The notes beneath the pieces are model-generated. The model made no database searches, was not told where the DNA came from, and was given only the letters and a program-made list of their open reading frames with translations. From a virus, in IMG/VR virus record IMGVR_UViG_3300037184_000121, positions 43,603-107,602 of that record: a stretch of DNA of 64,000 nucleotides. One strand, given 5' to 3'. Positions 19,884-30,245 of this stretch are shown piece by piece. A program made the translations under genes and the position numbers. Position 1 is the stretch's first letter. The number at the start of each line of letters is the position of its first letter.

Positions 19884-20353
19884 TTGAATCCTACGGTGTA
19901 AGGCTGTGGCCTATTGGGGAAGGCATCCTTCGAGGAAGCTGTCCGATGCATACTAATGTGAATACCCCTTCCTTCACTGTTTATGTCAACACAGATTCTT
20001 ACTTTTGTTTCGGGGAAGGCGTTGGTGGAGATGCAGCAAATTTTCTTTCCAGGATGGAACATATCTCATATGCTGAAGCAAAGAAGCGCATGGATGGTGA
20101 TACAAGTTTTCAAGAGGAGTTCGATCAGATGATGGATGCGGGATCTGTTAAAGAAGAGATCAGTTACCTTCACCAGCTCAATTCTTCTGCCAGCAAGATT
20201 TGCCGAGATACCATGTATGCTCATCCAGAGCAAGTAGGTAACATTCTAACGTTTTTACAGAGACTTGATAAAGATGTATTGACAAAACCAGTAACTAGAG
20301 ATATACTTAAGCAGGGAATAGAGGAATCGTGGAATCTGAGAGGTGGTTTATGA
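19856..20353 (+). CDS. Stand-alone primase CHC2 zinc-binding domain protein
   Basis: GSCPMH...TPSFTV....YFCFGEGVGGD...F..ME.ISY.EA. Confidence 0.8.
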   Translation: MPRLTIKELVESYGVRLWPIGEGILRGSCPMHTNVNTPSFTVYVNTDSYFCFGEGVGGDAANFLSRMEHISYAEAKKRMDGDTSFQEEFDQMMDAGSVKEEISYLHQLNSSASKICRDTMYAHPEQVGNILTFLQRLDKDVLTKPVTRDILKQGIEESWNLRGGL

Positions 20354-20551
20354 AATACAATATTTCAAAAAGGTTCAGTGATAGTGTGAAAGCAACTGAT
20401 GGGACGCTGAAAAGTTTCACGACAGAATTGAATGTAGATATTGAAGCTGATTCTGCTGAAGCTCTTATTGCTGAGAGTGATAAACTCTTTGCTCAGGTCA
20501 AGTGGCTCGTCGAACATGACGAAGAAAAGATTTTCGGGACAGGAGCTTAAT

Positions 20552-21067
20552 ATGGCACTAACAGATGAACAGATGGCAGAGAAACTAGAAGAGGTAAAGA
20601 AGATCCAGGTATTTCTTGATCCAGATCCTACGGTCAAAGGATTGGTTTCTTTGAACTATAAATTGGCTGAATTGCAGTTGGCTAAAGATCATGTTTCAGC
20701 TCTTCTTCTTGAGGCTATGAAAAGTATGGCAGAGCATGAGATCTTAGAAAAAGAGGCCCTAAATGCTCATGATCGTCAACAGGATCTTCTCATTGCGACT
20801 GATGCTTCTATCCAGGCTCAGAAATCAGCAGAGGCACGAAGTATTCATGCTCGTATAAAGATGCCTGACTTAGTATATGCACTTCATCTTGAAGAAGTTG
20901 CTCAATTAAAGGCTTCTTGGTACATGAAATGTTTAGCACTTGTGGCTTCCAATTTAGAAAGTGCTAATAGTAATCTCAGCAGACAAATTACCGTCATTCA
21001 GATGGATCAGAATCTGCAGGGCAATGGTAATGGCAATCGGGGTTCGATCAAGAACATTAATATATAA
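20552..21067 (+). CDS. Helical hypothetical protein, possible UvsY-like recombination mediator
   Basis: AGGAG SD; all-helical; next to SSB-like gene and RecA (inference from context). Confidence 0.35.
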   Translation: MALTDEQMAEKLEEVKKIQVFLDPDPTVKGLVSLNYKLAELQLAKDHVSALLLEAMKSMAEHEILEKEALNAHDRQQDLLIATDASIQAQKSAEARSIHARIKMPDLVYALHLEEVAQLKASWYMKCLALVASNLESANSNLSRQITVIQMDQNLQGNGNGNRGSIKNINI

Positions 21068-21080
21068 AAGGAGAATTGAA

Positions 21081-21833
21081 ATGGCAAAATTAGGACGTTA
21101 CGTACCAGTTGAAAGACCTGACATTGATGATGGTGTTTATTTGGCGAAGATTCTATCAGCTGAGGTTAAAACATGGCCTGATGGCAATTCATCTGTAAAT
21201 TGGAAGTTTGAATTGTCTCAACCTCCATTTATTGGGAAGAAAGTATGGACATGGGGATCAACGGGTGCTGTGCCTACTCCAAGAGCTAAACTTACTACTT
21301 GGGGTTTTGTTTTAGGTCAAACACTAGAACAGCTCAAAGATGAAAACTTTGATACTAAGGTACTCGAAGGTTTTTATGTTAAGATCACAATCAAAACCTG
21401 GGAAAAAGAGAGTGGAGGTACAAAACAAGCAGTTACAGATATCAACTACCTAAATGAAGCTGATGTCTCAATGCTGCAGCTATGGCTTGGTCAGGCTGGT
21501 GTAACGGGAGCTATTAAGGTTGCAGTAAAGGCTAATCCTTCCCTTACATTTACTCCTGCACCAGTTCAAGCACCAGCTCCAGTAGTGGCAGCTCCTGTAC
21601 CAGTCGTAGCTCAACCAGTGTTTGTTCAGGCGGGACTCCCAGTTACAACAGCTTCACAAGTACAGGTAGCAGCTCCAGTTGTTCAGGTTCAACCAGTACA
21701 AGCACCAGTTGTAGTAGCTCCTGTGACAGCTCCAGGCTTTGCTCCAGGCTTTGCTCCAGTAGTTGCTCCAATGCAGCCAGTGCCAGTAACAGCAGCTCCA
21801 GCAGTTAAGAAATCATCTGGATTCCCTTTCTAA
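21081..21833 (+). CDS. Putative single-stranded DNA-binding protein with Pro/Ala/Val-rich linker
   Basis: DDGVYLAKI.SAE...WKFE OB-like N-domain, low-complexity tail ending GFPF, upstream of recA. Confidence 0.55.
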   Translation: MAKLGRYVPVERPDIDDGVYLAKILSAEVKTWPDGNSSVNWKFELSQPPFIGKKVWTWGSTGAVPTPRAKLTTWGFVLGQTLEQLKDENFDTKVLEGFYVKITIKTWEKESGGTKQAVTDINYLNEADVSMLQLWLGQAGVTGAIKVAVKANPSLTFTPAPVQAPAPVVAAPVPVVAQPVFVQAGLPVTTASQVQVAAPVVQVQPVQAPVVVAPVTAPGFAPGFAPVVAPMQPVPVTAAPAVKKSSGFPF

Positions 21834-21863
21834 GGGATAGTAATTTAATATAGGAGAAACAAC

Positions 21864-22868
21864 ATGTCTGATGAAAAAGGACTCAAAGCCTTTCTAGCAA
21901 AGATCAGTGAGAATCGTAAAACGGTGGTATCTCAAATTAAGCATATGGATGATCGTCCTGCTTTTGAGGTAATTCCATCAGGAAGTTTAGCTATTGATGA
22001 TGTGCTTGGTGCAGGTGGATTTCCTCGTGGTAGGGTCATTGAAGTTTTTGGACCTGAATCAGGTGGAAAGACTACCTTGTGCCTCTTAGCTATCGCTTCT
22101 TGTCAACGGGCGGGAGGGATTGCTGCTTTCATTGATGCAGAAAACTCCATCTCACTTGATTGGGCTGCTAAACTTGGGGTTGATGTTGAGAATCTTGTTT
22201 TCAATCAACCTGATAGTGGAGAACAGGCTTTATCGGTTGTTCGAGATATGATTGAATCTAATCTATTCGACATGATCGTTGTTGATAGCGTTGCAGCTCT
22301 TACACCTCAGTCGCAGCTTGCAGGAGAGATCGGTGATCAGACAATGGCATTACAGGCTCGTATGCTTGGGGCTGCAGTTCCATTGCTGGTACATGCAGCA
22401 GCTAGTTCAAAGACTGTACTTCTGTTCATTAATCAGTTGCGTGATACGATGGCTATGTATGGTCCTAAAGAGACAACTCCAGGAGGGAAGTCACTGAAAT
22501 TCTACAGCAGCATTCGTCTTGGCGTTAGCAAGGTCAGTGGTTCTGAGATTAAAGTAACGAAGGATAATGGTGAAGTGGGCGAAACAGGAGAAGTCTTGGG
22601 TCATCGAGTGAAAGTCAAAGTAGTTAAGAATAAGGTTGGTCGTCCTATGCGTGAGGCTGAATTCAATCTGCGATTCACTCAGGGTATTGATCGATTCGAT
22701 GAGCTTATTACCCTTGGTATCTCCAGAGACATCATTAAGAAAAGTGGTCCTATGGTTGCCTTTGGACCTATCAATGCTAAAGGTTTGGAGAAGTTTACCG
22801 AAGCTCTTAAGGCTGATGAAGCTTTGCAGAAGACATTAGAAGAGGCCATTCGAGGCGTTACAAAGTAA
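21864..22868 (+). CDS. recA: RecA recombinase
   Basis: SGSLAID..LG.GGFPRGRVIEVFGPESGGKTT, IDAE, VVDSVAAL, FINQLR, PGGKSLKFY, KNKV. Confidence 0.96.
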   Translation: MSDEKGLKAFLAKISENRKTVVSQIKHMDDRPAFEVIPSGSLAIDDVLGAGGFPRGRVIEVFGPESGGKTTLCLLAIASCQRAGGIAAFIDAENSISLDWAAKLGVDVENLVFNQPDSGEQALSVVRDMIESNLFDMIVVDSVAALTPQSQLAGEIGDQTMALQARMLGAAVPLLVHAAASSKTVLLFINQLRDTMAMYGPKETTPGGKSLKFYSSIRLGVSKVSGSEIKVTKDNGEVGETGEVLGHRVKVKVVKNKVGRPMREAEFNLRFTQGIDRFDELITLGISRDIIKKSGPMVAFGPINAKGLEKFTEALKADEALQKTLEEAIRGVTK

Positions 22869-22870
22869 AC

Positions 22871-23323
22871 ATGGCTATCCTAAAACTAAAAGGCAGTTTG
22901 TTTGACGCTCCAAAGGGGTCTCTCTTAATTCATGCTTGCAATGCCAGAGGAGTTTGGGGTACTGGCATTGCAGTAGAATTCAAGAAGAGATTTCCTGAGA
23001 GCTATGCCTTTTATCATGGGTTCTGTGAGCAAGAAAAAGATAAACTTGTAGGAGTTTCAATTCTGTGTCCAGAAGAGAATGGCTATGCAGTTGGTTGCAT
23101 AATCTCATCGAATGGATATGGCAAATTTAAAGATTCTCCCGCTGATATTTTAAAGAGTACCCGTTTAGCATTACCCAGCATATTGCAGGAGAATAGACCC
23201 ATTCATAGTAATATGTTTAATTCAGGGCTCTTCAATGTACCCTGGAATGACACTGAGAAGATTTTATCTGAAGTTCTAGATGAAGTAGGCTACAAATCAG
23301 ATTGGACAGTTTGGCAGATATAA
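22871..23323 (+). CDS. Macrodomain protein (Poa1/TARG1/DarG-like)
   Basis: KGSLF...LIHACNARGVWGTGIA..FKKRFP...FNSGLFNVPW. Confidence 0.82.
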   Translation: MAILKLKGSLFDAPKGSLLIHACNARGVWGTGIAVEFKKRFPESYAFYHGFCEQEKDKLVGVSILCPEENGYAVGCIISSNGYGKFKDSPADILKSTRLALPSILQENRPIHSNMFNSGLFNVPWNDTEKILSEVLDEVGYKSDWTVWQI

Positions 23324-23335
23324 AGGAGATTAATC

Positions 23336-24646
23336 ATGGCTGATTCAAAGTTGGTCCGAGATATAGTTAGAGAGATTGAACGAATTTCTGGAAAGTTAGG
23401 GCTGCAGCCTTCCCAGTTGGGTAAAGCACAGTTCAAAGAGTTGTCTAAGATTTCCGAATGGGATCTCCGCAAGGTTGGAGGCTACGCTACTCTCTTGAGT
23501 ACATATTATCCAGTTCCCGATAAGTCTCTTAAGGATATCCAGCTTCTTAAAGAGCGCAAGTCTTATGTTTCAAAGCTCGAAAAGAAATATGGGTCATGGG
23601 AAGTGTTTTCAGAACAGCTTACGGAATCCTTGACAAAGCGATTAGAGACTATGCGGGTTGAGCCTGTCATTCTAAATGAAAAGGCTACAAAAGAGTATAT
23701 TAAGACTGTTTCAAAACGTGAACTGCACGATAGTACCCCACGATCTATTTGTGTGGCCTTGACTGATGTTCACTTTGGAACACATATTGATAAAGAAGAG
23801 CTTGGTGGGAAGAATGAATTCAATTGGAATATTGCTGCCCGTCGTTTTGGGTTCATTATTGAACAGCTTGAGACGTATAAAATGGAACTGAGACATTTGC
23901 ATGAAGAAGTCGTATTCCTGCTTGGTGGTGATCTGATCGGCGGGATTATCCATAATCAGGAAGGCCCAGACTATGACTTGATCACCTTTCAGGTCAATGG
24001 GGCTTTGAGTTATTTCATTCAAGCATTTGAGCATATCAAGGCATTCTACCCTAAGATTCGGGTGGTTTGCCAGCCTGGGAACCATGGGCGTATGATGCAC
24101 AAAGAAGATAAAGGCCGAGCGTTATCACAAAAGTATGACTCGTATGAGAATATTATATTCTTTGCCTTGGCTAAGTATTTTGAGAAAGATCCAAAAGTCT
24201 CTATCACTGTACCAAAGTCACCTTATGCCGAAGTGACTGTGCAGGGCCATAGAATCTATATGACTCATGGAGATGGGGTATTCATTACAGGTAATCCTGG
24301 CAAGAGTATCAATACAGAGAAAATTGAAACACAGGTCCATCGTATCAATGAAGAAGAACGTTCAAAGAATCGCCAGCCATTCGAATTGTTCGTCTTTGGT
24401 CATGTGCATCAAGCAGCTCACTTCCAGACAAACAGTGGTATTCAGATTCTGATTAATGGTAGTATGATCGGGACAGATAGTTATGCTCAAGGTGTCGGCA
24501 TCATGAGCAATAACCCAGTCCAGGTCATGTGGGAAATGAATTCCAAGTTTTCTGTTGGAGATTCCCGCTGGTTATTCGTTGCAGCAGCAGATGAAGATAA
24601 GCGTCTTGAGAACATTATTAAACCATACAATTACGAGCTTCAATAA
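23336..24646 (+). CDS. Metallophosphoesterase/nuclease with N-terminal helical domain
   Basis: TDVHFG, GGDL, PGNHGR, THGD, FGHVH. Confidence 0.8.
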   Translation: MADSKLVRDIVREIERISGKLGLQPSQLGKAQFKELSKISEWDLRKVGGYATLLSTYYPVPDKSLKDIQLLKERKSYVSKLEKKYGSWEVFSEQLTESLTKRLETMRVEPVILNEKATKEYIKTVSKRELHDSTPRSICVALTDVHFGTHIDKEELGGKNEFNWNIAARRFGFIIEQLETYKMELRHLHEEVVFLLGGDLIGGIIHNQEGPDYDLITFQVNGALSYFIQAFEHIKAFYPKIRVVCQPGNHGRMMHKEDKGRALSQKYDSYENIIFFALAKYFEKDPKVSITVPKSPYAEVTVQGHRIYMTHGDGVFITGNPGKSINTEKIETQVHRINEEERSKNRQPFELFVFGHVHQAAHFQTNSGIQILINGSMIGTDSYAQGVGIMSNNPVQVMWEMNSKFSVGDSRWLFVAAADEDKRLENIIKPYNYELQ

Positions 24647-24655
24647 AGGAGATTT

Positions 24656-26056
24656 ATGGCACGAAATCCACGTAAGCATCATAAAGATACATTTTTCACA
24701 TCTCAATTCGACAATATACCTCCTCAGTTGATGCCAAATCTTTCTGCGAAGGATTATATCGAGGTCTTGAAAGAGGCTCGTTGGAATAACGACTACAAGA
24801 ATGCCGTGACGATAGAATACCTTGGGGCAAAATCCATCGATGAAGTGGTTTATGCAGATTACAAGTGTTCTCTGGCTACTTCATTGGTCCTACGTAATAT
24901 TCTTCCTGAATTCATTGAGAGCAAGGGCCTGAAGGTTGATAAAGTTGCAGCTGTTGAATCTGATGGCGATTATGCGCCTTCCTATAGCTCTATCGAGGTT
25001 GCTCCTGGGAAGATGGAAAACCGATTAGTCTATGGAGATTACTTTGTGTCCAGCGATACACAGAAGTATCTTATTCATCTGGAAGATTCATATCCTGATT
25101 CTTTTAGATTTAAGATTGCCAGCAAGAAAACCACTACCCCAGATGCTAATATTTTATCGGAAGAGATGATAAAGTATGGAGAAACTCACAATTTCCTTAA
25201 GGGTCAGAAGATTGATCCTAATTGTAACTTTGTGAAATTTAATCGTAAATTCACTTGGGATGATCTTATTCTGTCCGATAAGATTAAGACTGAGATTCAG
25301 ATGAATCTAAAGAATCTCATCGAGTATCGTGAGATCTATAAGAAAAATGGTTTACAGGTTAAACGTGGTTTGATTCTTGCAGGTGAGCCAGGGACAGGTA
25401 AAACTGTACTAGCTAAGATTCTTTGTAACCAGATTGATTGGACATTCGTTTGGGTTACATCAAAGAATCTGGAAAATGCTAAACGTGTTGCTCAGATTGT
25501 TGAGCTGTGCCGAGATCTTTCTCCAGCTATTCTATTCTTGGAGGATATTGATCTATTCGGAGGGTCACGAGAATCAAACAACAATCCTATGCTGCTTGGA
25601 GAGTTGCTGAATCAGTTGGATGGTATTGAAGAGAACACGGACATCATTGTTATTGGCAGCACAAATAATAAAGAGGTTCTGGAAAAAGCCTTAGTAGCTC
25701 GTCCAGGTCGTTTCGATAAGGTCATCGATTTCCCTCTGCCAGATTATGAGGAGAGATTGAAGATGCTTAAGGTGTTCAGCAATGGCTTACTAGATGAGAA
25801 TCTTCCCTTCCTTGATAAGATTGCCAAAGAATACACAAAGAAGACAGGGGCTCAGATTCGTGAGTTAGTTAATATGGCTATTATTTTTGCCGTGGATTCA
25901 AAATCCTACGCTGAAGATAAGAAGCTCATTATTACCGAAGCACATTTCAATAAAGCAATGAAAGCTGTAGCAGGTAAAGACTTTAAGGCAGTCACTGGAT
26001 TCAGCACAGGTGGACGCAACAACATTGGCAGCAGTTTTGATGCATTCGATGATTAA
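24656..26056 (+). CDS. Classical AAA+ ATPase (FtsH/CDC48-like ATPase module, no protease domain)
   Basis: GEPGTGKT, LFLEDID, LLNQLDG, ALVARPGRFD. Confidence 0.9.
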   Translation: MARNPRKHHKDTFFTSQFDNIPPQLMPNLSAKDYIEVLKEARWNNDYKNAVTIEYLGAKSIDEVVYADYKCSLATSLVLRNILPEFIESKGLKVDKVAAVESDGDYAPSYSSIEVAPGKMENRLVYGDYFVSSDTQKYLIHLEDSYPDSFRFKIASKKTTTPDANILSEEMIKYGETHNFLKGQKIDPNCNFVKFNRKFTWDDLILSDKIKTEIQMNLKNLIEYREIYKKNGLQVKRGLILAGEPGTGKTVLAKILCNQIDWTFVWVTSKNLENAKRVAQIVELCRDLSPAILFLEDIDLFGGSRESNNNPMLLGELLNQLDGIEENTDIIVIGSTNNKEVLEKALVARPGRFDKVIDFPLPDYEERLKMLKVFSNGLLDENLPFLDKIAKEYTKKTGAQIRELVNMAIIFAVDSKSYAEDKKLIITEAHFNKAMKAVAGKDFKAVTGFSTGGRNNIGSSFDAFDD

Positions 26057-26076
26057 TCTTAAGGAGATATAATAAA

Positions 26077-26502
26077 ATGGCAAAGACAAAATATGTAGAA
26101 GCAGATATGACAGTCCATGCATTGGTAGATAGCATTATGAATACTTGGCCTGATAGATTCATGCATGTTCAAAGAAATGATCTTTTGATTATCATGAAAG
26201 ATGCTCCAAAGAGTTCTTATAAAGCAAAGACGAAAGTTATGAATGGCTTCTATCGAATGCTTACCAAAAAGAAAATTGTCATTGAAATTCACAAGCAGGA
26301 ATGGGATCTAAGTAAGCCAGCAGACCGAGTATTGATGCTTTATAGAGAACTATGGCGCATTGATCTCAATGCTAAGACAGGGGATTATAAGTTGATAAGG
26401 CCAGATCTCACAGACTTTACAGCAATCCTTGACAAAGTTGGCTTGCATAAAGAGACAGTCGATACATATTTTATCAAAATCATTAAGCCAGAAGAAAAGT
26501 AA
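26077..26502 (+). CDS. Phage metallopeptidase-like protein, apparently inactive
   Basis: Layout IVIEI...W.......LYRELWRI...PDLTDF..I...G; Zn ligands replaced. Confidence 0.5.
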   Translation: MAKTKYVEADMTVHALVDSIMNTWPDRFMHVQRNDLLIIMKDAPKSSYKAKTKVMNGFYRMLTKKKIVIEIHKQEWDLSKPADRVLMLYRELWRIDLNAKTGDYKLIRPDLTDFTAILDKVGLHKETVDTYFIKIIKPEEK

Positions 26503-26505
26503 GTC

Positions 26506-26850
26506 ATGATTAAGCAAGTCCTCATATTGCGGCATGATCTCAAGGTGCGAAAGGGTAAACTAATCGCTCAGGGGGCTCATGCTGCAATAGGGGCTTTAGC
26601 CAAAGCCAAAGCAGAAGATATCAAGAAATGGGAAGAGAATGGATGTACGAAGATCTGTGTATCAGTGCCTGATGAGAATTCTTTGCTGCAGCTCAGGTTG
26701 GATGCATGGGTCGCTCAACTTCCCTATTATCTGGTGCAAGATGCAGGTCGTACAGAGTTTCACGGTGAGGCTACATATACTGCCTTGGGTATTGGCCCAG
26801 CTTCAGCAGAAGAGATTGATAAGCTAACTGGAAAATTACCACTTCTATAA
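26506..26850 (+). CDS. pth2: Peptidyl-tRNA hydrolase type 2
   Basis: KQV...R.DLK..KGKL.AQGAHA, KI, V.DAGRTEF....T.LGIGP...ID.LTG.L.LL. Confidence 0.93.
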   Translation: MIKQVLILRHDLKVRKGKLIAQGAHAAIGALAKAKAEDIKKWEENGCTKICVSVPDENSLLQLRLDAWVAQLPYYLVQDAGRTEFHGEATYTALGIGPASAEEIDKLTGKLPLL

Positions 26851-28091
26851 TGTACATCAGTAAAATTATCTTAGAGAATTTTCAGGCATTTGACAAGGGA
26901 GAATTTGTTCTTTCTCCGAACCTGAATATTCTAGTTGGAGTCACAAATGTGGGAAAGAGTTCTGTAGCAAGGGCTCTTTCTCTTGTGCTGTTTAACCAGT
27001 GGGATAAGAGTTGGTGCAGATTTGGGGCTAAGTATTGCAGAGTGTCCATCCTGACTGATACTGGTATTGAAGTGATCCGTGAGAAGGGTGAGAAAGTCAA
27101 TCGCTATATACTACGGTTGCCCAGCCAGCCAGAGCAGCTATTTGAATCCTTTGGTACAACGGTGCCAGAGCAGGTCCAGCAAGCTCTAAGGATTCATGAG
27201 GTCCAGGTTGATACAACAGATAAGCTCAACTTGAATTTGGCAGGACAGATGGATGCTCTTTTCCTGCTATCTCAGACTGGCAGCTATCGTGCTAAAGTTT
27301 TGGGTAAGCTTTCAGGTGCTACGTATTTGGATCATGCCATTCGGGAACTTAACAAAGACAAGAGGCAAGTTACAGCAGAGAAGAATTCCAAGGATCTTGA
27401 AATCGTTGAGTTACAGGCCCAGGTATCTAAATTAGAATCAATTGAGTCATATTCTGATGTTATAAAGGCACTTGAGGGCAGATTAGAGTCCTTAAGATGC
27501 TCTCAAGAGCGTGTAGAGCGCATAAGGAGCCTATTTGAGCGTGTAAAAGTGCTAAAAGCTGCTTGGCTAAGGGAAACAGAGATTGAGGCTCTTTTAGGGC
27601 AAGTTGAAGTAGGTAAGATTGATCAATTAGTTCAGAAATCTGTTAAATTGTCTACCTTAAGTTTACTTTTTAGCAAATTTACTGAATTTCATACAGTATT
27701 TGAGCACCAGACTAAACTACAAACCCTTTTAAGTCAAATAGACCTTGATTCAATTAGCCAGTTAGAACCAAAAGTGAATAGAGTAAAAAAGCTAGTTATA
27801 TTATCTGCTAAGTACAATGCTTGGCAGGGAATGTACTCTAAACAGAATCTAATTAATAACCTATTGACCCCTGTTGATATTTCTGTTATATCTGTATTGG
27901 CTGAGAAAGCATCTAATTTAAAACGAGTTAATGATTTATCGGTTAGGATTAGTAGAAATCAAAAGGAACTTGTAAGTAAAGCTGATGAGTTGGGGCAAGT
28001 AGAGCAGCAATATCAAGAGGCTAAGGAACAGTATAGTGAGATGCTTAAAGCTAATGGGACCTGCCCTATTTGTGGAGTGAGTACGATATGA
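26850..28091 (+). CDS. SbcC/Rad50-like ATPase, N-terminal half ending at the zinc hook
   Basis: LENFQ, Walker A GVTNVGKS, coiled coil, terminal CPICG; no Walker B. Confidence 0.82.
   Translation: MYISKIILENFQAFDKGEFVLSPNLNILVGVTNVGKSSVARALSLVLFNQWDKSWCRFGAKYCRVSILTDTGIEVIREKGEKVNRYILRLPSQPEQLFESFGTTVPEQVQQALRIHEVQVDTTDKLNLNLAGQMDALFLLSQTGSYRAKVLGKLSGATYLDHAIRELNKDKRQVTAEKNSKDLEIVELQAQVSKLESIESYSDVIKALEGRLESLRCSQERVERIRSLFERVKVLKAAWLRETEIEALLGQVEVGKIDQLVQKSVKLSTLSLLFSKFTEFHTVFEHQTKLQTLLSQIDLDSISQLEPKVNRVKKLVILSAKYNAWQGMYSKQNLINNLLTPVDISVISVLAEKASNLKRVNDLSVRISRNQKELVSKADELGQVEQQYQEAKEQYSEMLKANGTCPICGVSTI
27510..27914 (+). repeat. Three tandem 45-aa helical repeats inside SbcC-N
   Basis: Units RVERIRSLF...LLGQVEVGKIDQLVQKSV / KLSTLSLLF...LLSQIDLDSISQLEPKVN / RVKKLVILS...LLTPVDISVISVLAEKAS. 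Confidence 0.65.
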
Positions 28092-28686
28092 AGAAGTGTC
28101 CTCCTGAGCCAACAGATGAATGTCGTAATTGTTTTCATTTTGATTATCAACATATTGGAGCTGATGAATTTATAATTCCTTGTGCCGAGATATTGCAGAC
28201 CGTATATGATACGACAGAAAAGATAATTCTTGTTATAAAAAGATGTGAATGCAGTAATTATGAACCATTGGATAATTTAAAATATTTGGAAAAAGAATAT
28301 GAATACAGGGCCTTACACGCTTAAATTAATTCATGATAAATGTCCTTGTGGTCATGCTAGGTATGATCATTATAGTGAGAAATTTGATTATGGATGTATT
28401 CATAGAATGGGTAGATATACTGGAAAGAAATGTATCTGCCCTGGATTTTCTGAAGATAATTTGATTTATTTGGAGAAGCTCTGTGTCAATAGAGATAGTT
28501 GATTTTAGCCCTTTATGTCATTGCAATCATAGGAAGTATGAACACATTTATGATATGACTTGTAGTGGAAGAACTTTAATTGAAGAAAGGAAAGGTGTAT
28601 TATACTATTTGTCATGCAATTGCAAAAAATATAAATTAAATAATCTTGCTTATTTAGAACAAAAGTATGAGGAGAGTTTAGTATGA
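28088..28686 (+). CDS. Three tandem NLxYLE-tail Zn-binding proteins (28088-28324, 28299-28502, 28483-28686)
   Basis: Tails LDNLKYLE, EDNLIYLE, LNNLAYLE; CxxCxH/CxCxH heads. Confidence 0.72.
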
Positions 28687-28780
28687 ATTTAGGATTTGGA
28701 TATGTTTGTTTTTATTGTGAAGGGGATACAAGTAATGCAAGTGGAATTTGTGAAAGATGCAGAAAAGATAGAGGCAGTAA

Positions 28781-29155
28781 ATGAAATGTATTATTGCAGG
28801 TAGTAGAACAATTACAGATCCATTAGAGCTTGAGAAGGCTATTAAGCTTAGTGGCTTTTCACCCATAGATGAGGTTGTATGTGGAGGGGCAGTTGGGGCT
28901 GATGAATTAGGAAGACTTTGGGCTATTAAGAATAGCATTCTCCTTAAATTCTTTTTTCCTGATTGGGAAACTTATGGCAAGTCAGCAGGTCCTCTAAGAA
29001 ATACTCAAATGGCTACTTATGTGGGTCCTGAAGGTGGATTGATAGCTTTGCATGATGGGATCTCTAAGGGAACGGCTGATATGATTCGAAAGGCAGAAAG
29101 ATTTAATTTGAAAGTATATGTGCATTTGGTGAAGAAGGAAGAGAAAGAATCATGA
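28781..29155 (+). CDS. SLOG-family protein (DUF2493/YspA-like)
   Basis: IIAGSR, VCGGAVGAD.LG, DW..YGKSAGPLRN.QM, SKGT.DMI. Confidence 0.85.
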   Translation: MKCIIAGSRTITDPLELEKAIKLSGFSPIDEVVCGGAVGADELGRLWAIKNSILLKFFFPDWETYGKSAGPLRNTQMATYVGPEGGLIALHDGISKGTADMIRKAERFNLKVYVHLVKKEEKES

Positions 29156-29321
29156 TGAAAAAATGCAGCAAGTGTAGACATTTTTTAGAACAGCATATTA
29201 ATATAGATTCTAGACTGCTTAGATCTAGATATGTATCTTTTCTTATTCCCAGTTCCTATGGAGAGCACCCTTTTTATAAAGGATGTTCCATAAGGGATTG
29301 TAAATGTCACGAGTTTGCTTT

Positions 29322-30245
29322 ATGAAAATTCTTTACTTTACCGATGCTCATTTAAGATCACAGTCTGATAGACCTAAATGGAGAGTAGATGATCATTATG
29401 TTTCTCAATTTGAAGAGCTTCAGGAAATTCGGGATTTAGCTGTAATCCATAATGTAGATCTTATAATCTCTGGTGGGGATACAATACATCATCCTGATGT
29501 AAGTCATGCATTGGTTGGGGATATTATAAATTGGTGTAAAACTCTTCCTTGTGCTTTCTACTCAGTGGTGGGTAATCATTGTTGTTTTGCTTATCGAACA
29601 GCTGATTTGAGAAGCAGCGGATTGGGAGTCCTGTTTGAGTCGGGTATGGTGGGACGATTGGATGAGTTGGTATTTGAAAAAGAGAAAGTGGTTATTCATG
29701 GTATACATGCATTTCTTGATCCCCATCAAGGAAACTATTTGTTTGAATCTAAGTATGATGGCTATAAGAAATATATTGTAAGTCATAATTTTGTAATCAA
29801 AGAAGATGTGATCTTTGATGCTGTGAAACCGAAAGATATTAAAACAAACGCAGATATCATTTTTTTGGGTCATTATCATAAGGGATCGGATTTAGTAGAA
29901 GGAATGACAAGATTTATTAATCCTAGTTCTCTTAGTCGTTGGGCAATAAATGAGCAGCATAAACCAACTATTCTAATTTTAGATACTACAACTAATGAAA
30001 TTATTCCTATTGAATTGAAAAGCTCTAGGCCAGCCAATGAAATCTTCGACTTGGCAGGGGCTGCAGAGATGAAATCTACTGAGATGAATTTACAGACATT
30101 CGTGGATAGTTTGAATAACTCAACTTTTGAAAATGTGGATGTTAGCCAAGTGGTCTTGACAAAGGGAAAAGAACAAGGTATACTTAAAGAGATACTGGAT
30201 TTGTGTCTAAAGAAAGTGGAAGAAGCTAAGGAACAGTTAAAGTGA
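29322..30245 (+). CDS. SbcD/Mre11-like nuclease
   Basis: FTDAHL, GGD..H, GNH, SH, LGHYH, NPSSL.R. Confidence 0.85.
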   Translation: MKILYFTDAHLRSQSDRPKWRVDDHYVSQFEELQEIRDLAVIHNVDLIISGGDTIHHPDVSHALVGDIINWCKTLPCAFYSVVGNHCCFAYRTADLRSSGLGVLFESGMVGRLDELVFEKEKVVIHGIHAFLDPHQGNYLFESKYDGYKKYIVSHNFVIKEDVIFDAVKPKDIKTNADIIFLGHYHKGSDLVEGMTRFINPSSLSRWAINEQHKPTILILDTTTNEIIPIELKSSRPANEIFDLAGAAEMKSTEMNLQTFVDSLNNSTFENVDVSQVVLTKGKEQGILKEILDLCLKKVEEAKEQLK

